DNA of 64,000 bases from Callorhinchus milii (Eukaryota). The stretch's first letter is position 1. Each line of letters begins with the position of its first letter. The position numbers and the translations under genes were made by a program. Of this stretch, positions 1-11,963 are shown piece by piece. The notes under the pieces were generated by a model that did no database searches, was not told the DNA's origin, and worked only from the letters and a program-made list of their open reading frames with translations. The stretch lies in NCBI RefSeq assembly GCF_018977255.1, contig NW_024704742.1, positions 16,494,001 through 16,558,000 on the forward strand. The letters are read 5' to 3'.

Positions 1-1997
1 CAATGTAATGCAGTCACACCTCGTTGTGATGTTATAACATGGGTTCACTTATAGCTCAGTAGGGATGTGGACCCCAACATTTGCTTGCAAATACATCCAA
101 AGTGAAGGCAAGAAGACTGGCTTCAAAAGGCTCGTCAGCTTCCAACACACTAAAAGAATCCTTTTTTCAGGTCATCAGATCAAAGGGGTAAGGGTCACTT
201 CCTGTGGCCCAGAAGTCTACCTTTTTGGGGGGGATGCCGGCCAGCATGTGGGAAGTTACTTATACATACAGTACGCAGACGGGCTGACTGGCGACTGTGC
301 CCCATTAAAATACTGGTTCAGATTTTATGGACCTTAAAAGTTTCACATTATCATATGGATTAATCAACACTACGTAGATACCATCAAATTACTGAAATCC
401 TCTATAGCACAGCTTGCTTTATAACTGCTACTAAAATCTCTCAAAACACACAGTTACTACACTTTGCAGTATATGTAGCGATTTGAGACATCCTCGCAAC
501 CTGAAAGGCCCTATAGCAAAAGTATGGGTTATTTTTAACATTAATAATAATAAATTCAGGAATAATAATAATTGCATTTTATATAGTGTCTTCTAACATT
601 GTTGAGACATTTCAAAGCGCTTCACAGAATATACTGCAAAGTGAATTGATTGTATATTTTTGGGTGAAACACGCAATTGTATTTCTGAGAACGAATAAAC
701 ATTCATCCATTCGTAAACCAATAGTTGTCTCTGAAAGTTTTAGGGAGGCAAATACGACATAATGTTATTCCAATCCAAAGTATTGCACTGAATTCATTCT
801 TTTCCTTTGACAGGATGATGTGCCAGTGAAAATGAAGAGGTGATACTGTATTGAAAACAAACAACAACAACAAAATTACATTTTTATAGCACCTTTCAAA
901 GCTTGGGCTGTTATTTGAAGCACTAGCTGAGCTCAAACAACATTGACTGCTGATCACACATGACTGTATATTCTGGGATTAAGAGCCTATAATTTTAATA
1001 TGGAATTTGACTTTCAATTACTGATGATGTATTACATCTTAAAGGGTAGAGATAAGGAACAGTACCTCAGCTGCAGCTTGTAATGCAGTGCCTTACTTCT
1101 ATGCAATACATCCAGACACACTTTTACCAATTTTCAGAGACTTGTGGAAAACAGGTTGAATTTCTGGGGCATAACAGAGTAGTGTTAAGAATAAACCACA
1201 AGCACAGAGGTGTCTGCCAAGTGAAAAACACCACAAGAAGATGAGATACTCAGCTCAAAAAGACTGTGCATTGTGGTACTTTAGGAAGAGGCTATCAGAT
1301 ATCTTTTGAAAATCATTGAAACATGAGTGGTTTCCAAGGCAAACACGGTGGTAATTGTAAAGTTTTATATTAAAACTAGTACTTCAACGCCAAGATTGTA
1401 TTGAGAAACTCATCTATGGTTTTCTTTAGAAATCAAACACAAATAAGTCATTTAGGATTTCAACCAACCCTTGGCCCACCAATATCTTGTCACTTTTGAA
1501 TCCTTTACTGGTCTTAAACTTTCTCCGATTGCCTGTATACTATGATTATATATAATAGAAGCCTTTCATAATGTTTTGAATTACTTAATCTTATTTTCTG
1601 CTTCAATTTCCCCTGGCAAGTTTCTTAATGTCCTTAACTTTATTTGTCTATTCTACCTGCACATTTTTCTTCAAAACAATATTATTTATTATTCATGAAT
1701 ACAGTCAATTCACTTTACAGTATATTCTGTAAAGCGCTTGGAGATATCTCAAAGACGTGATAAGGTGCTATGTCAAAATGCAAACAATATTATTGTTATT
1801 TTCTTTTATCCCCCACACTTGTGCCCTTGTTTCCAAGATGAGTACCTTTTCTCTTCTGCATTTCCAATGATGTATTGTTCCTTTGATGAGTAAAAAAGAG
1901 TTCCTTCCTTGATGATCATTATGCCATACAGATCACAAGGCCACAGCAATGTGTTAACCTAACTGATCATATTTGGGGTGCTACAATTGGCTCCAGA

Positions 1998-2525
1998 CAA
2001 CAACAACACTTTCATTTATATAGCGCCCTTGGAGTCCTGTAGCTCGGTGATTAAAGCAATCGCTTTACAAGTGAGAGGCCTGGGTTCGATTCCCGGCAGG
2101 GTGAAACCTTGGGCAAGTTTCCTTACTCCACACGCCTGATAATAATCCCTCAAGAAAAAAAACAATAATAAATTGGTCACTTCAATCCACGATTGTTTGT
2201 GGGACATTGCTGTGCACAATTGGCCGTTGCGTTTCGCCCACAAAATGCAGTCAATTCATATTACAGTGTATTCTGTGAAGCACTTTGACACGTCTAGAAG
2301 ACGTGAAAAGCGCTATATCAAATGCAAGGATTATTATTATTAATATTCACGCTAGGTGGAATCCCTGAGCGCTTGACAGTGGCGGATTCTGACAACGAGC
2401 CAGGGGAGAAGGTGACTATACGCACAATCAAAAAGGAAGATCTTTGGGTGGGATTTGAAAGTGGGGAGAGCGGGGGGCAAGGCGTAGCGATTGATGGAGA
2501 GAGCTCTAGAGTTTCAGGGCATAGT
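1998..2525 (-). mobile_element. L2-clade LINE 3' end, split by a SINE insertion at 2030-2345
   Basis: (CAA)n tail then CATTTATATAGCGCCC. After the SINE the sequence resumes TTCACGCTAGG...GAGCGCTTGACAGTGG, similar to the other L2 3' ends in the window. Confidence 0.7.
2030..2345 (+). mobile_element. Young full-length tRNA-derived SINE (short form), Deu-like body, (ATT)n tail
   Basis: A-box-like TAGCTCGGTG, B-box GGGTTCGATTCCC, body GGGACATTGCTGTGCACAATTGGC, end GCGCTATATCAAATGCAAGG(ATT)n. Similar copies at 11.1, 31.2, 39.3, 40.6 and 45.8 kb. Confidence 0.92.
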
Positions 2526-2899
2526 GGCTGATCTGATGCATGGAAGAAAACAATTGCGTAATAAAAAAATTCACTTTCTCCCAGCTATTGATAAGAACTA
2601 CAGAATTCCAACTTCCAAAGTAAGAATGAATTTAAGATTGCATCCAAATTTGAAGACAATGGTCTTAAGAATAAGACCATGATCATGTGTGAACCTTTGA
2701 TGTCCATGAAGTACAAATGTGGACAAATACTTGGAATGTAGCGTCTAACATAACACAAATTAAAATCAGAAAAACATCCTGCCTTCCACACAGCTGGAAT
2801 TTTTTTAAAAAAAGAGACAGGTTTGTATTGCCAAGATTCAAACAGTTTGAATGAATCAAAAATGTTTCAATATGTATTAATTTACAATCAAATTTAGGT

Positions 2900-3320
2900 A
2901 TCAGCCTGGCTCAGTTGGTAGCATTCTCACTTCTGAGTCTGAAGGTTGAAGATTTGAGTCTCACACCAAGACTTTGAACCCACACTTTGGGCTGACACTC
3001 TAATACAGTGCTTGGGGAGCACAGCATTGTTGGAGTTGTCATTCTTCAGATGAAACATTGAGCCAAGGTGCCGCCTGACTGTTCAGGACAACTTTAAAGA
3101 TCTCATGGCACTAATTTAAAAAAAGGGAGTTTTCCCAGTGTCTTGGCCAACAATCCCGTAGATAAAATTTACCATTGACTTCATGGCTATTTACCAGATA
3201 TTGTCACTGCAAAAATTAGCTGCATTGACTGCCTGCAAAATACAGTCACGCTTTATTGTAAATCCTGTGAAGCACTTTGAGGTGTCCTCCTGGAATGAAA
3301 TGCATCATATCAGATTCAGA
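2900..3320 (+). mobile_element. Old tRNA-headed DeuSINE (SacSINE1/AmnSINE-like)
   Basis: CAGCCTGGCTCAGTTGGTAGCA...CTGAGTCTGAAGGTTG head; central TTAAAGATCTCATGGCACT...CCAGTGTCTTGGCCAACAAT; degenerate tail. Confidence 0.8.
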
Positions 3321-4247
3321 AATCAATCCTCTCTGCCACCATAGCTTAATTAAGTGAAAGAGATGGGCAGACAATATTATTAAGGGAATAGAATACAAAC
3401 AACAGAGGATTACTCATACATTTTTTATCCTCGTCTAATTGTAAATTTAATTTAAAATAAATAAAATAGGAATTGAAGTGTTGAATCTTCAACTCCACAA
3501 GGGGCCTGAAAATTGTGAGAATCATCCATGAGGAACCCAGACAAACAGAAGGCAGGAAGCTAAGGCCTCAAGAAGGAACATCAATGGTTAGCTGTGAATA
3601 AAAGGGAGCCTTGGTATAAGTACATCTCCTTGGTACTAAGTGATTGAACTCCCAAAACAGATAGCTGAATGAGAGATGGCAGGCATTCACAAGCTTGTTT
3701 AATCAAGGTGTGTAAATATTAAATTAAATGGAATACCAACAAGAATACAACAAGGTATTAGGTTATCAACATCTCTGGAATGATGTGAGGAAAGGAGAGA
3801 GACTTAAACAAATACTACAATTTGGGCAGTGTAAGCGAAAGCAAGTGACTACAGATTTCATAATAAAACATTGAATTGAAATTCAATCAATTACCCTTAT
3901 ATTAGCATTGCTGATCAAAGAAAGGCCTACATGTACTTAGTACAATGAAAATTGTAACCAATGCTTCCTTGGGACAAGGAGTTAGATTAGAACAGCAAAC
4001 AGAAGCAGTGGATACAGTAACAATTCTGGACACTTTGTGACACTTTGCATCATATTTGTTATGAAATGTTGCTAATTTTCCCATTTTATTACTTTCATCC
4101 ATTTGTCTCATTATTTCAAAACTTCAATGTAATGTATTTGGAGAGTGACTTATGCTGCCCTGTAAAAAAAATACAAGGGTGCTTTGCATATCCTCTTGCC
4201 TTAATTTAGTTGTCTTGTCAAAATACAACCTTTTAAATTATAAACAT

Positions 4248-4530
4248 TATAATAATAATAATAATTCTTGCATTTGATATGGCGCTTTTCACATCTTCTA
4301 GACATCTGAAAGAGCTTCACAGAATATGCTGCAAGGTGAATTGACTGTATATTTGTGGGCGAAATGCAGCAGCCAATTGCGCACAGCAGTGTCCCACAGT
4401 CGTGGATTGAAAATGACTAATTTATTATTGTTTTGTTTTTTGAGGGATTATTATCAGGTGTGTGAAGTAAGGAAACTTGCCCAATGTTTCGACCTGCCGG
4501 GAATTGAACCCAGGTGTTTTGCTTGCAAGG
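4248..4530 (-). mobile_element. Young tRNA-SINE, head truncated
   Basis: Reverse complement of the 2030-2345 family: (AAT)n CTTGCATTTGATAT...GGAAACTTGCCCAA...GGAATTGAACCCAGG. Confidence 0.88.
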
Positions 4531-4629
4531 GCCCACCTTATGCCCACCTCTCAACACATACATATGTTCTCAGATGCTATATAACATTGGGTTTCTGTAT
4601 ATCTTGAATGATATTGAATGGAATCAATC

Positions 4630-4745
4630 ATATTTCGCTCACAAATATACGGTCAATTCACTTTACAGTCTATTCTGTGAAGCGCTTTGCGACATCGAGA
4701 AGACGTGAAAAGAGCTATATCAAATGCAAGGATTATTATTATTAT
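4630..4745 (+). mobile_element. SINE 3' fragment
   Basis: CACAAATATACGGTCAATTCACTTTACAG...GCTATATCAAATGCAAGG(ATT)n. Confidence 0.85.
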
Positions 4746-5544
4746 AAAACTATTTTTCAAATACAATTTTGTTAGTTTTGTTTTAGTGTAGAAGGTCTAA
4801 AATTGTCTACAAATACACAGTCACTACACTTTACAATCAAAGCGCTTTGATGTGCCCATATCAAATACAAAGAGCATTGTGGTCAATAATATTTATTAAT
4901 AGTAAATTGTCTTTAAAGAGTTAAATGGTGTTTTGGAGAATCATGAATACAGACTTTTGTTTCAAAACTATAAAATCCATGTATTATTGAGTTGTTATTT
5001 CAATCACATCTGATAAAAGGTATAAATGAATAGTGATGCTGGAGTTTTGGCCTCATATAATGATGAAGCTTTAGTCTCCTGTAAATTAAGTGCTGCTGAA
5101 ATTTGTATGGAAATCGTATGCCCATATGGATAGCTAAGATTATTTTCATCCTAATTATTTAATGTTTAATAACCTCTGTGAGAAGTGAAGACAGAATAAC
5201 ATTTAATACAACTATTAATTATGGAGTATTCTTAAAACTTCATCAACTTATATTTCACTAATTACTATTTCAGCAGTTATAAACTTGTAGCATGTAATTA
5301 ATGACACAATGTTAAATTTTGCTTGAGAATAGTACAGGAAAGAGCATCAACCTCCAATGAACCCTTCTCTCTCTCTCCCTCCGTGGGTCATGTTTTTCTC
5401 TATGCACTCTCTCTCTTCACTCTAATTCACTATGTTGTTCATTTTCCCACCCTATAAGGTATGATTTGTGATCTGCCTCTACATCCCCTAGTAAATCAAG
5501 TACATTATCCTCATTCTCTCATTTAAATCCCTCCTTGGTCTCTC

Positions 5545-5670
5545 CCCACCCTACCTCTGTGACCTCCTTCACCCATATCTACCTGGCCAGTCCCTTATCT
5601 CGACCCATACAGGCCTGTTCCACGTCCTCTTCTCTATCTGCCCTATCATTGGTGGGCAGGCTTTTTGGAG
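5545..5670 (+). mobile_element. L2-clade LINE fragment (ORF2 C-terminal region)
   Basis: CCCACCCTACCTCTGTGACCTCCTT...ATCATTGGTGGGCAGGCTTT, similar to the reverse complement of 57230-57350 and 62000-62140. Confidence 0.6.
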
Positions 5671-5679
5671 GGAGCCCAT

Positions 5680-5975
5680 AACCAGAGGGCACAAATAAAA
5701 GTGAGTGACCAGGGAACCAAAATAAAATAATTTAGGAGGAACTATTTCATGCAGAGGGGAATGAGATTGTGGAACCCCCAGCCTGAAGTGGTGGTTGAAT
5801 CGATTAGTATACAATAGGTGTATTCAAGAGGAAGCTTGACCTCCATGTGAGGAAGAAGGGAATAGAATGGTATGGGAGGGAGTAAAGGAATGTGTGGAGA
5901 CTTGTGTGGAGTATAAATACCAGTAAAGGACTGGGTGGACCAAGTGACCTGTTTCCGTGCTGAACATTCTCTGTA
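5680..5975 (+). mobile_element. CR1-clade LINE 3' fragment
   Basis: ACCAGAGGGCACAAATAAAA (TRGH-like), CTATTTCATGCAGAG...TTGTGGAAC, terminal TGACCTGTTTCCGTGCTGAACATTCTCTGT. Confidence 0.65.
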
Positions 5976-6889
5976 AAGTACAATATTTCTTTGTAATTAT
6001 ATGTGCTGCTATAATTGCTTTTAAAGGCACAGCTAACAACAATTATGCATGTCACACTGAATTTTAAAACTACACTGATATGGGACAGCAGAACCTAACT
6101 TCTAAACAGAACAATAACAGTGAAGCTATTAGCCAAAGCAGCAGCATACAGTGTATTAAAATTTCAATAGATAAAACCAACAGGATGTAATGGACCTGTC
6201 ATTCCTAAACCACAGCTTCACTCAGCGTGTGAATTTAATTTATTTCTAAGTCACTATTATTTTCATCAGTAAATTGTCCCATTACTGCAAATTAGGTTAA
6301 CAACAATCTAGCAAACATTTTACCTTTCTGCTCCAGTAACGCAAGGCTTTGCAAAGCAGAGTTGCTAATTTAAGTAAGTGAATACTGACTACAAATTACA
6401 TGTGGCTAACCCTTTGGGATGAGCATTTTCAGAGACTCAGAAGCTGAAATATAAAGAATCCAAATTGTATGTGAATATCTTTCATTGAAAGCTTTATTTA
6501 TGCTGCACAAAGTCTTAATCAGAACTACATCAAATCCCTGTTGTCACATTGAGGAAGTTAAACTAAACCTTAAATAGGATAGGAATCAGAGAAATTCAGA
6601 AATGTAGCTGTTTCGGTTTAATTTAGATCAGTTTGTACATAATATTGTAATGTGGAGCTTATGTTTCTTGACAATCAAGTGGTGTCATTTTATTTTTTTC
6701 TATTTGGGGGATAAAATACACATGTGATTTGCATTTAAAAGAATATATTTCCCAACTTAATATTAATCGTAATTCTTGGCTTTGATATCACACCTCATCA
6801 CATTATTGAGATGTTTCAAAAGCACTTCACAACTGGTTTATTTTTGTCAGATATAAAAATAGATAGAGAGGGGATGAGATAGAAGAGTA

Positions 6890-7110
6890 GAGGGATGTCA
6901 AGAGGATAGGGGCATCTTAGCTGGAAGCTTGAACACTAATGGTGAGACGGAAGTAGCCAGGCTGAATTAGCCAAACAGCGATGGTGACAAGAAAGTGGGG
7001 TAGGAAAAGATCACAGAGATAAGGAGTTGCTAGAACGAATAAGGATTATAGGTGAAGGTAAGTACCTCAAAGTCAATCCGTTGGGAGACAGGGAGTCACT
7101 GAAGCTTATC
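6890..7110 (-). mobile_element. Highly diverged L2-like fragment
   Basis: Purine-rich segment resembling 57240-57430 (…ACAGAGATAAGGAG…GGGAGACAGGGAGTCACTGAAG). Confidence 0.45.
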
Positions 7111-7229
7111 GAGAACATTACATTGACATATTTCTCGTGAGTTCCAGTCGTATAATATATAACAGTAAATTGCCTCAACTGCCTCTTGTCGCCAGGTCAG
7201 TTTTCACATTTTTAACAAGCTTTTGCTTC

Positions 7230-7386
7230 CTGTGTATGTGTTCATGTGCTAGCGTGTGCACATGTGCTGTGAACTGGTGTGTACACGTGTGCTGTAAGCT
7301 GAAGTGTGCGTGCGTTGTCGTGAACTGATGTGTGCTTTGTGCTGCGAGTTGCAGTGTATAATTCTTTGTTGTTAGCTGCTGTGCAC
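7230..7386. repeat. Imperfect (GT)-rich low-complexity repeat
   Basis: Recurrent TGTGTGC / TGTGCTGT motifs. Confidence 0.6.
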
Positions 7387-8109
7387 ATATGAAACCTCCA
7401 AAGAATACTTTGGTTAGCCATAAAGGACACATTAATATGCAAACCTATTTTCTCACAGGAAACATTTCTATGAAGAACATAAATGTTCGATTGTCCTTCC
7501 AGAGCACGCTACGTAAACCATGTTGTAGGTCAACTTGGAACTTAATTACAGAAGTAAATGGAGCTCAAATCCAGGATTGATGTCATTATAACTGAACATG
7601 AGTATTGAGAGAATTGAAGTTGAGATTTAATACCAGTACTCAGACAGAACAAAAGTGTTAAGTTAATAAATGGCTACGAGGGACTTGATCATAGCCTTAG
7701 CTATATTATCAATTTCATGATTCACTTTCTTAATGCACTGCTGTGGCTAAAATTGATATTGAATATTTTCAAGAAATTAGCAAGCACAAAGAGGAATATT
7801 TTCTTTGTACTACATTAATATAACAAACTCAATACTTACCATGGTATATCATGTAAGAATTTAAACCATTTGCTGTTCTAAATGAAGGCAAACTTTTCAG
7901 GATTTTGTACTCTCTAGCTAGATTTTCTTTAGTTATATATCACATAAATACAGAGACTGTACAGCACTGAAATAGGCCATTAGGTTCAACTGGTCCCTTA
8001 TGCTTACTTAAGCGCTCTGACATGAAGTGCACTGTTAAATGCAAGTTGTTGTTGTGTTTAGGCTCCACATCAGCCTCGACCCATCCTAATCGCATAATGG
8101 AACATTAAA

Positions 8110-8340
8110 CTAAGGTTCCATCTGGCACTGTTCAAAAAGAGAAGAGAGTTTCTCCAGGTGTCCTGGCTGAGAATCCCCCAAAACAAAATTGGTCACTGAC
8201 TTCATGGCTGATTGTGGAGCACTAATGTATGTAAATTGACTGTCGGGTTCACCAAAAATACAGTCACTAAATTTCACAGTAAATCCTGTGAAATGCTTTG
8301 AGACATCCTCCCAATTTGAAAGGCGTATATCAAATAATTA
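8110..8340 (+). mobile_element. Old DeuSINE, 3' half
   Basis: TGGCACTGTTCAAAAAGAGAAGAGAGTTTCTCCAGGTGTCCTGGC...GTGAAATGCTTTGAGACATCCTCC...GGCGTATATCAAAT. Confidence 0.75.
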
Positions 8341-8344
8341 TTGT

Positions 8345-8705
8345 ACTACTACTACTAATAATGATAATCCTTGAATTTTTATATAGCGCCTTATCACATC
8401 TTCGAGACATCTCAAAGCATTTCACAGAAAACACTGTAAAATGAATTGACAATATATTTTGTGGGCAAAATGTGGCAGCGAATTGCGCACAGCAGTGTAC
8501 CACAGAGTAGTGCATTGAGTGACTAAATCACTATTATTATTATTTTTTGGGAGGGATTATTATCCTGGAAATGTGATCTGCCAATCGACTAACAACCGTG
8601 TTCCTACTTACTGTTAGGTAAACAGAGACATGTGGAATAAGGAAACTTGCCCAACATTTCACTCTGCCGGGAATCAAACCCAGGTCTCTCACTTGCGAGA
8701 CGAGA
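8345..8705 (-). mobile_element. tRNA-SINE, long form with an extra ~60-65 nt internal domain
   Basis: Same head and tail as the young SINE, plus CCTGGAAATGTGATCTGCCAATCGACTAACAACC...GGTAAACAGAGAC at ~8564-8628. Confidence 0.85.
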
Positions 8706-9105
8706 GATTATTTTAATTATATTAATTTAATGCTAAGGAATAATTATTTGCTTCTCCTTGAATGAATGAGATTCCCTTTTAAAAGCATTGATGTACCCAT
8801 GTCGTTCTTTTTATGCAGTGCATAGTTAGCGTAAAGCTCTTTTTGTAGTTTCTACACTCCTATTGCCCCCACAACTAATTCATCTAAGCCATTCCAAAAC
8901 TAACAGTGTAGGCATCCCACCCACACTATAAGCTTCTAACACTATCTCGTCTTCTGCCAACATAAAGCTGAACATTTTGGGTTATCTTTCACCTCTATTT
9001 TTCCCATATAGACTGCTCTTCCTGTGCAGTTGAAAATTCAGCATTGTTTATTAAGATTCTAGGCTTATGACACAGATGATGTATTCCGTTATAATAATAC
9101 CTATC

Positions 9106-10010
9106 AGAACACAACAAAACATGTAGGAGCAAGAGTAGGCCATTCAGCGCTTCGAGCCTGCCCCCATTCAATCATGGCTGATCTCCTAATCTAACTCCAG
9201 CTAATACCATAACCCTGCCTTATCCCCATATCCCTTAATGCCTTTTGCAATAAGAAATATATCTATCTCAGTCTTGAACATGTTCAAGGACTGAGCGTCA
9301 ACAGCCCTTTGGGGTAGCGAATTCCATACATTCACCACCCTTTGAGTGAAGAAGTTCTTCCTCAACTCAGTGCAAAAGGGCTGCCTCTGATTTTAAGATT
9401 GTGACCCCTGGTTTTAGTTTCTCCAACCAGGGGAAACAATCTCCCACTATCTACTCCATCATGCCCTTTGATGATCTTATAGGTTTCTATAAGATCTCCT
9501 CTAATTCTTCTATATTCTAGAGAATATAGGCTCAAATTGGTCAGTCTATCCTCGTAACTCATCCCCTTCATCCCTGGTACTAACCTAGTAAATCTACGCT
9601 GCATCCCCTCCAAGGCAAGTACATCCTTCCTTAAATGAGGAGACCAAAACTGGACACAGTATTCCAGGTGTGGTCTCACCAGGGCCCTATACAGTTGCAG
9701 CAAGACTTCCCTACTCTTATATTCTAATCCTTTCATAATGAATGCTAACATACCGTTCGCCTTCCTAATTGCTGCTGCACCTGCAGACTAATAGTGATTG
9801 GTGTACGAGGACACCCAAGTCCCTCTGGACGCTAACACATTCCAGTCTCTCCCCTTCTAAAAAATAACCCGCTCTACTGTTTTTGCTACCTAGGTGGATG
9901 ACTTCGCACTTCTCTACATTATACTTCATCTGCCACCTACCTGCCCAATCACCTAACCTATTTATTGCTGCATTTTTTTAATGTCATCCTCTGTGTTGAC
10001 ACTTCCTCCT
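9106..10010 (-). mobile_element. CR1-clade LINE, 5'-truncated: ORF2 RT C-terminus plus 3' UTR (degenerate)
   Basis: ORF 9362-9751 has LYRALVRPHLEYCVQFWSP...RRIRGDLIETYKI...TRGHNLK, typical CR1 ORF2. The 3' end reads GTAGGCCATTCAGC on the + strand. Confidence 0.95.
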
Positions 10011-10252
10011 GGAACGCTAAATAGATGTTCAGTGATTCAATGACAAATACCAGCCACTCTATTGTTCTGGTAGGATTATTGGCAACAGTATATTGACATC
10101 AGAAGTTTTAGAATAAACAAAAGCAGATCTGAGATTTCATATTCTTTTAGGAAGATACCAGAATGAGAACTTGTTCCCCTCAAAATAACAGGGCTAAGTC
10201 TGAACTGATTGCTTTTTGAGTATAAATCTGTGCTTACCTTTGTTCAGATGTT

Positions 10253-10435
10253 AACAACAACAACAACAAGATTCCATTTATAAAGCGCCTTTCACGTCAG
10301 GAGGACGTCCCAAGGCGCTGCACAGTTGGGTCATGACCCGAGCAGGGGGGAATGGTCAGGGTGAGGGGAGGGAAGGGAGGGAGCGAGGAGGGGGAAGAGA
10401 GTCGAGAGGGGAGCTGAAGGCACGGTCAAAGAGAA
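10253..10435 (-). mobile_element. Young L2-clade LINE 3' end
   Basis: (CAA)n tail. Nearly identical to 61736-61919. Confidence 0.88.
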
Positions 10436-10641
10436 GTTAAGGTCAAAGTTAAAGGTGAATGCTATCAAATTGGATGTTTGTAGCTTTTCAGATTATTTTT
10501 GAACAACCTTGAGCAACATATGATCCTAAATGACATAAAACAGAGAAAAATGGTCATTAAGATTTCATATGAATGAAGAAGGCCCTTTCGCCCATCTGAC
10601 CTTATCCTTCCATAACATCCATCCTCCCATTAGAGCATCAT

Positions 10642-11963
10642 CAACAACAACAACAACTTGCACTTATATAGCGCCCGCCAAGCCAGGCGGTGTCTCAGGG
10701 AGCTTAACAGCAGAGGAGGCTAGACCCAGTAGAGTGGAAGCAGCAGATACTGCTGTGGGGAGAGAAGTTAGAGAGATAGGGGGGTGCCAAGGAACGGAGG
10801 GATTTAAACACTAGAGTGAGGATCTTGAAGTTGATCTGCTTTGTGATATGGAGCGAGTGGAGTTTGGCAAGAACTGGAGTAATCAAGGTGGGGAGTTTAG
10901 TATGGGTGAGAATGCGGACGGTGGAGTTTTGATTGAGCTGAATTTTGTGAATGGGGGGGGGGGGGAGGAGGAGACCGGCGAGGAGGGAAGACCGGCGAGG
11001 AGGGTGTTAAAGTAGTCCAGTCGAGAGGTGATAAAGGCATGGACAAGGGTTTCAGCAGCTTTTGGGATGAGGTATTGTCGGAGACAGGCGGAGTTGTGGC
11101 AGAAGTGGAAGAAAGCGGTGCTGGTCAGGGACCAGATAATAATAATAATAATCCTTGCATTTGATATAGCGCTTTTCACGTCAGGAGGACGTCCCAAAGC
11201 GCTTCACAACACACTGTAAAGTGAATTGACTGTATATTTGTGGGCGAACGCGGCAGCCAATTGCGCACAGCAATGTCCACAAACAGTCGTAGATTGAAAA
11301 TGACCAATTTAATTATTGTTTTGTTTTTGGAGGTCTTATTATTAGGCTCTGTGTGGAGTAAGGAAACTTGCCCAAGGTTTCGCCCTCTGCCTGGAATTGA
11401 ACTCAGGTTTCTCACTTGCAAAGCGAGTGCTCTAACCACTGAGCTACAGGACTCCACGATGTGGGGGAGGAAGGATAACTGGGGATCGAACCTGATGCCT
11501 AAGTTGCGCGTTGGTTTGGAGAGTTTTAAGGACAAGTCAGGTAGGTTGAGGAAGTCAGAACCGTGGGACAGAAGACGTTGGCAGGAGCCAAAGAGTATGG
11601 TTTCCATCTTGTTGACGTTTAGCTGCAAGAAATTTGCACTCGTCCAGCTCCTGATATCTGACAGACAAGCTGACAGAACATCAGGGAACTAGGTGTTGCA
11701 GCTGGAGGTGGAAAAGCAGAGTTGGGTGTCATCCGCATACATGTTATTATTATTATTATTACATGTGGAAGTTAACCCCATGGATGACATCACCGAGAGG
11801 AAGCGTATAGATGAGGAAGAGAAGGGGGCCAAGGATGGATCCTTGAGGTACCCCACAAGTGACCGTATGGAAGCGCAAAGAAAAGCCTTTTGCAGAAATG
11901 TAGCGCTGGCGGTTTGTAAGGTAGGACTCGAACCAAGCGAGTGCGGTCCCACTGAGGTGGATG
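10642..11963 (-). mobile_element. L2-clade LINE, 5'-truncated degenerate ORF2 (RT) and 3' end
   Basis: Translated fragments MYADDTQL, LNVNKMETILFGS, RNLGIRFDPQLSF, AAETLVHAFITSRLDY, INFKILTLVFKSL; (CAA)n tail at 10642. Confidence 0.95.
11136..11457 (-). mobile_element. Young full-length tRNA-SINE inserted in L2 ORF2
   Basis: Complete from GTGGAGTCCTGTAGCTCAGTGG head to (ATT)n tail. The L2 reads continuously across the insertion (CAGGGACCA|GATGTGGGG). Confidence 0.93.

Noticed and set aside
2030..2102. tRNA-like sequences (Ala-like TGC anticodon in several copies) at SINE heads
   Set aside because: They run directly into SINE body and tail, are multi-copy and are mutated. These are SINE heads, not tRNA genes.
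3893..4159. AG...GT-bounded 267-nt minus-strand segment as an internal coding exon
   Set aside because: All three frames hit stops within the first 45 nt. Retained only as a possible terminal exon in the speculative model.
9362..9751. ORFs with clear protein similarity (also 30395-31258, 34214-34935, 57326-58798, 61909-62196)
   Set aside because: All are broken CR1 or L2 ORF2 fragments with stops and frameshifts, not host genes or intact elements.
10228..10252. Strong minus-strand donor AAAG|gtaagc
   Set aside because: It directly abuts an L2 insertion, with no plausible acceptor or exon upstream.
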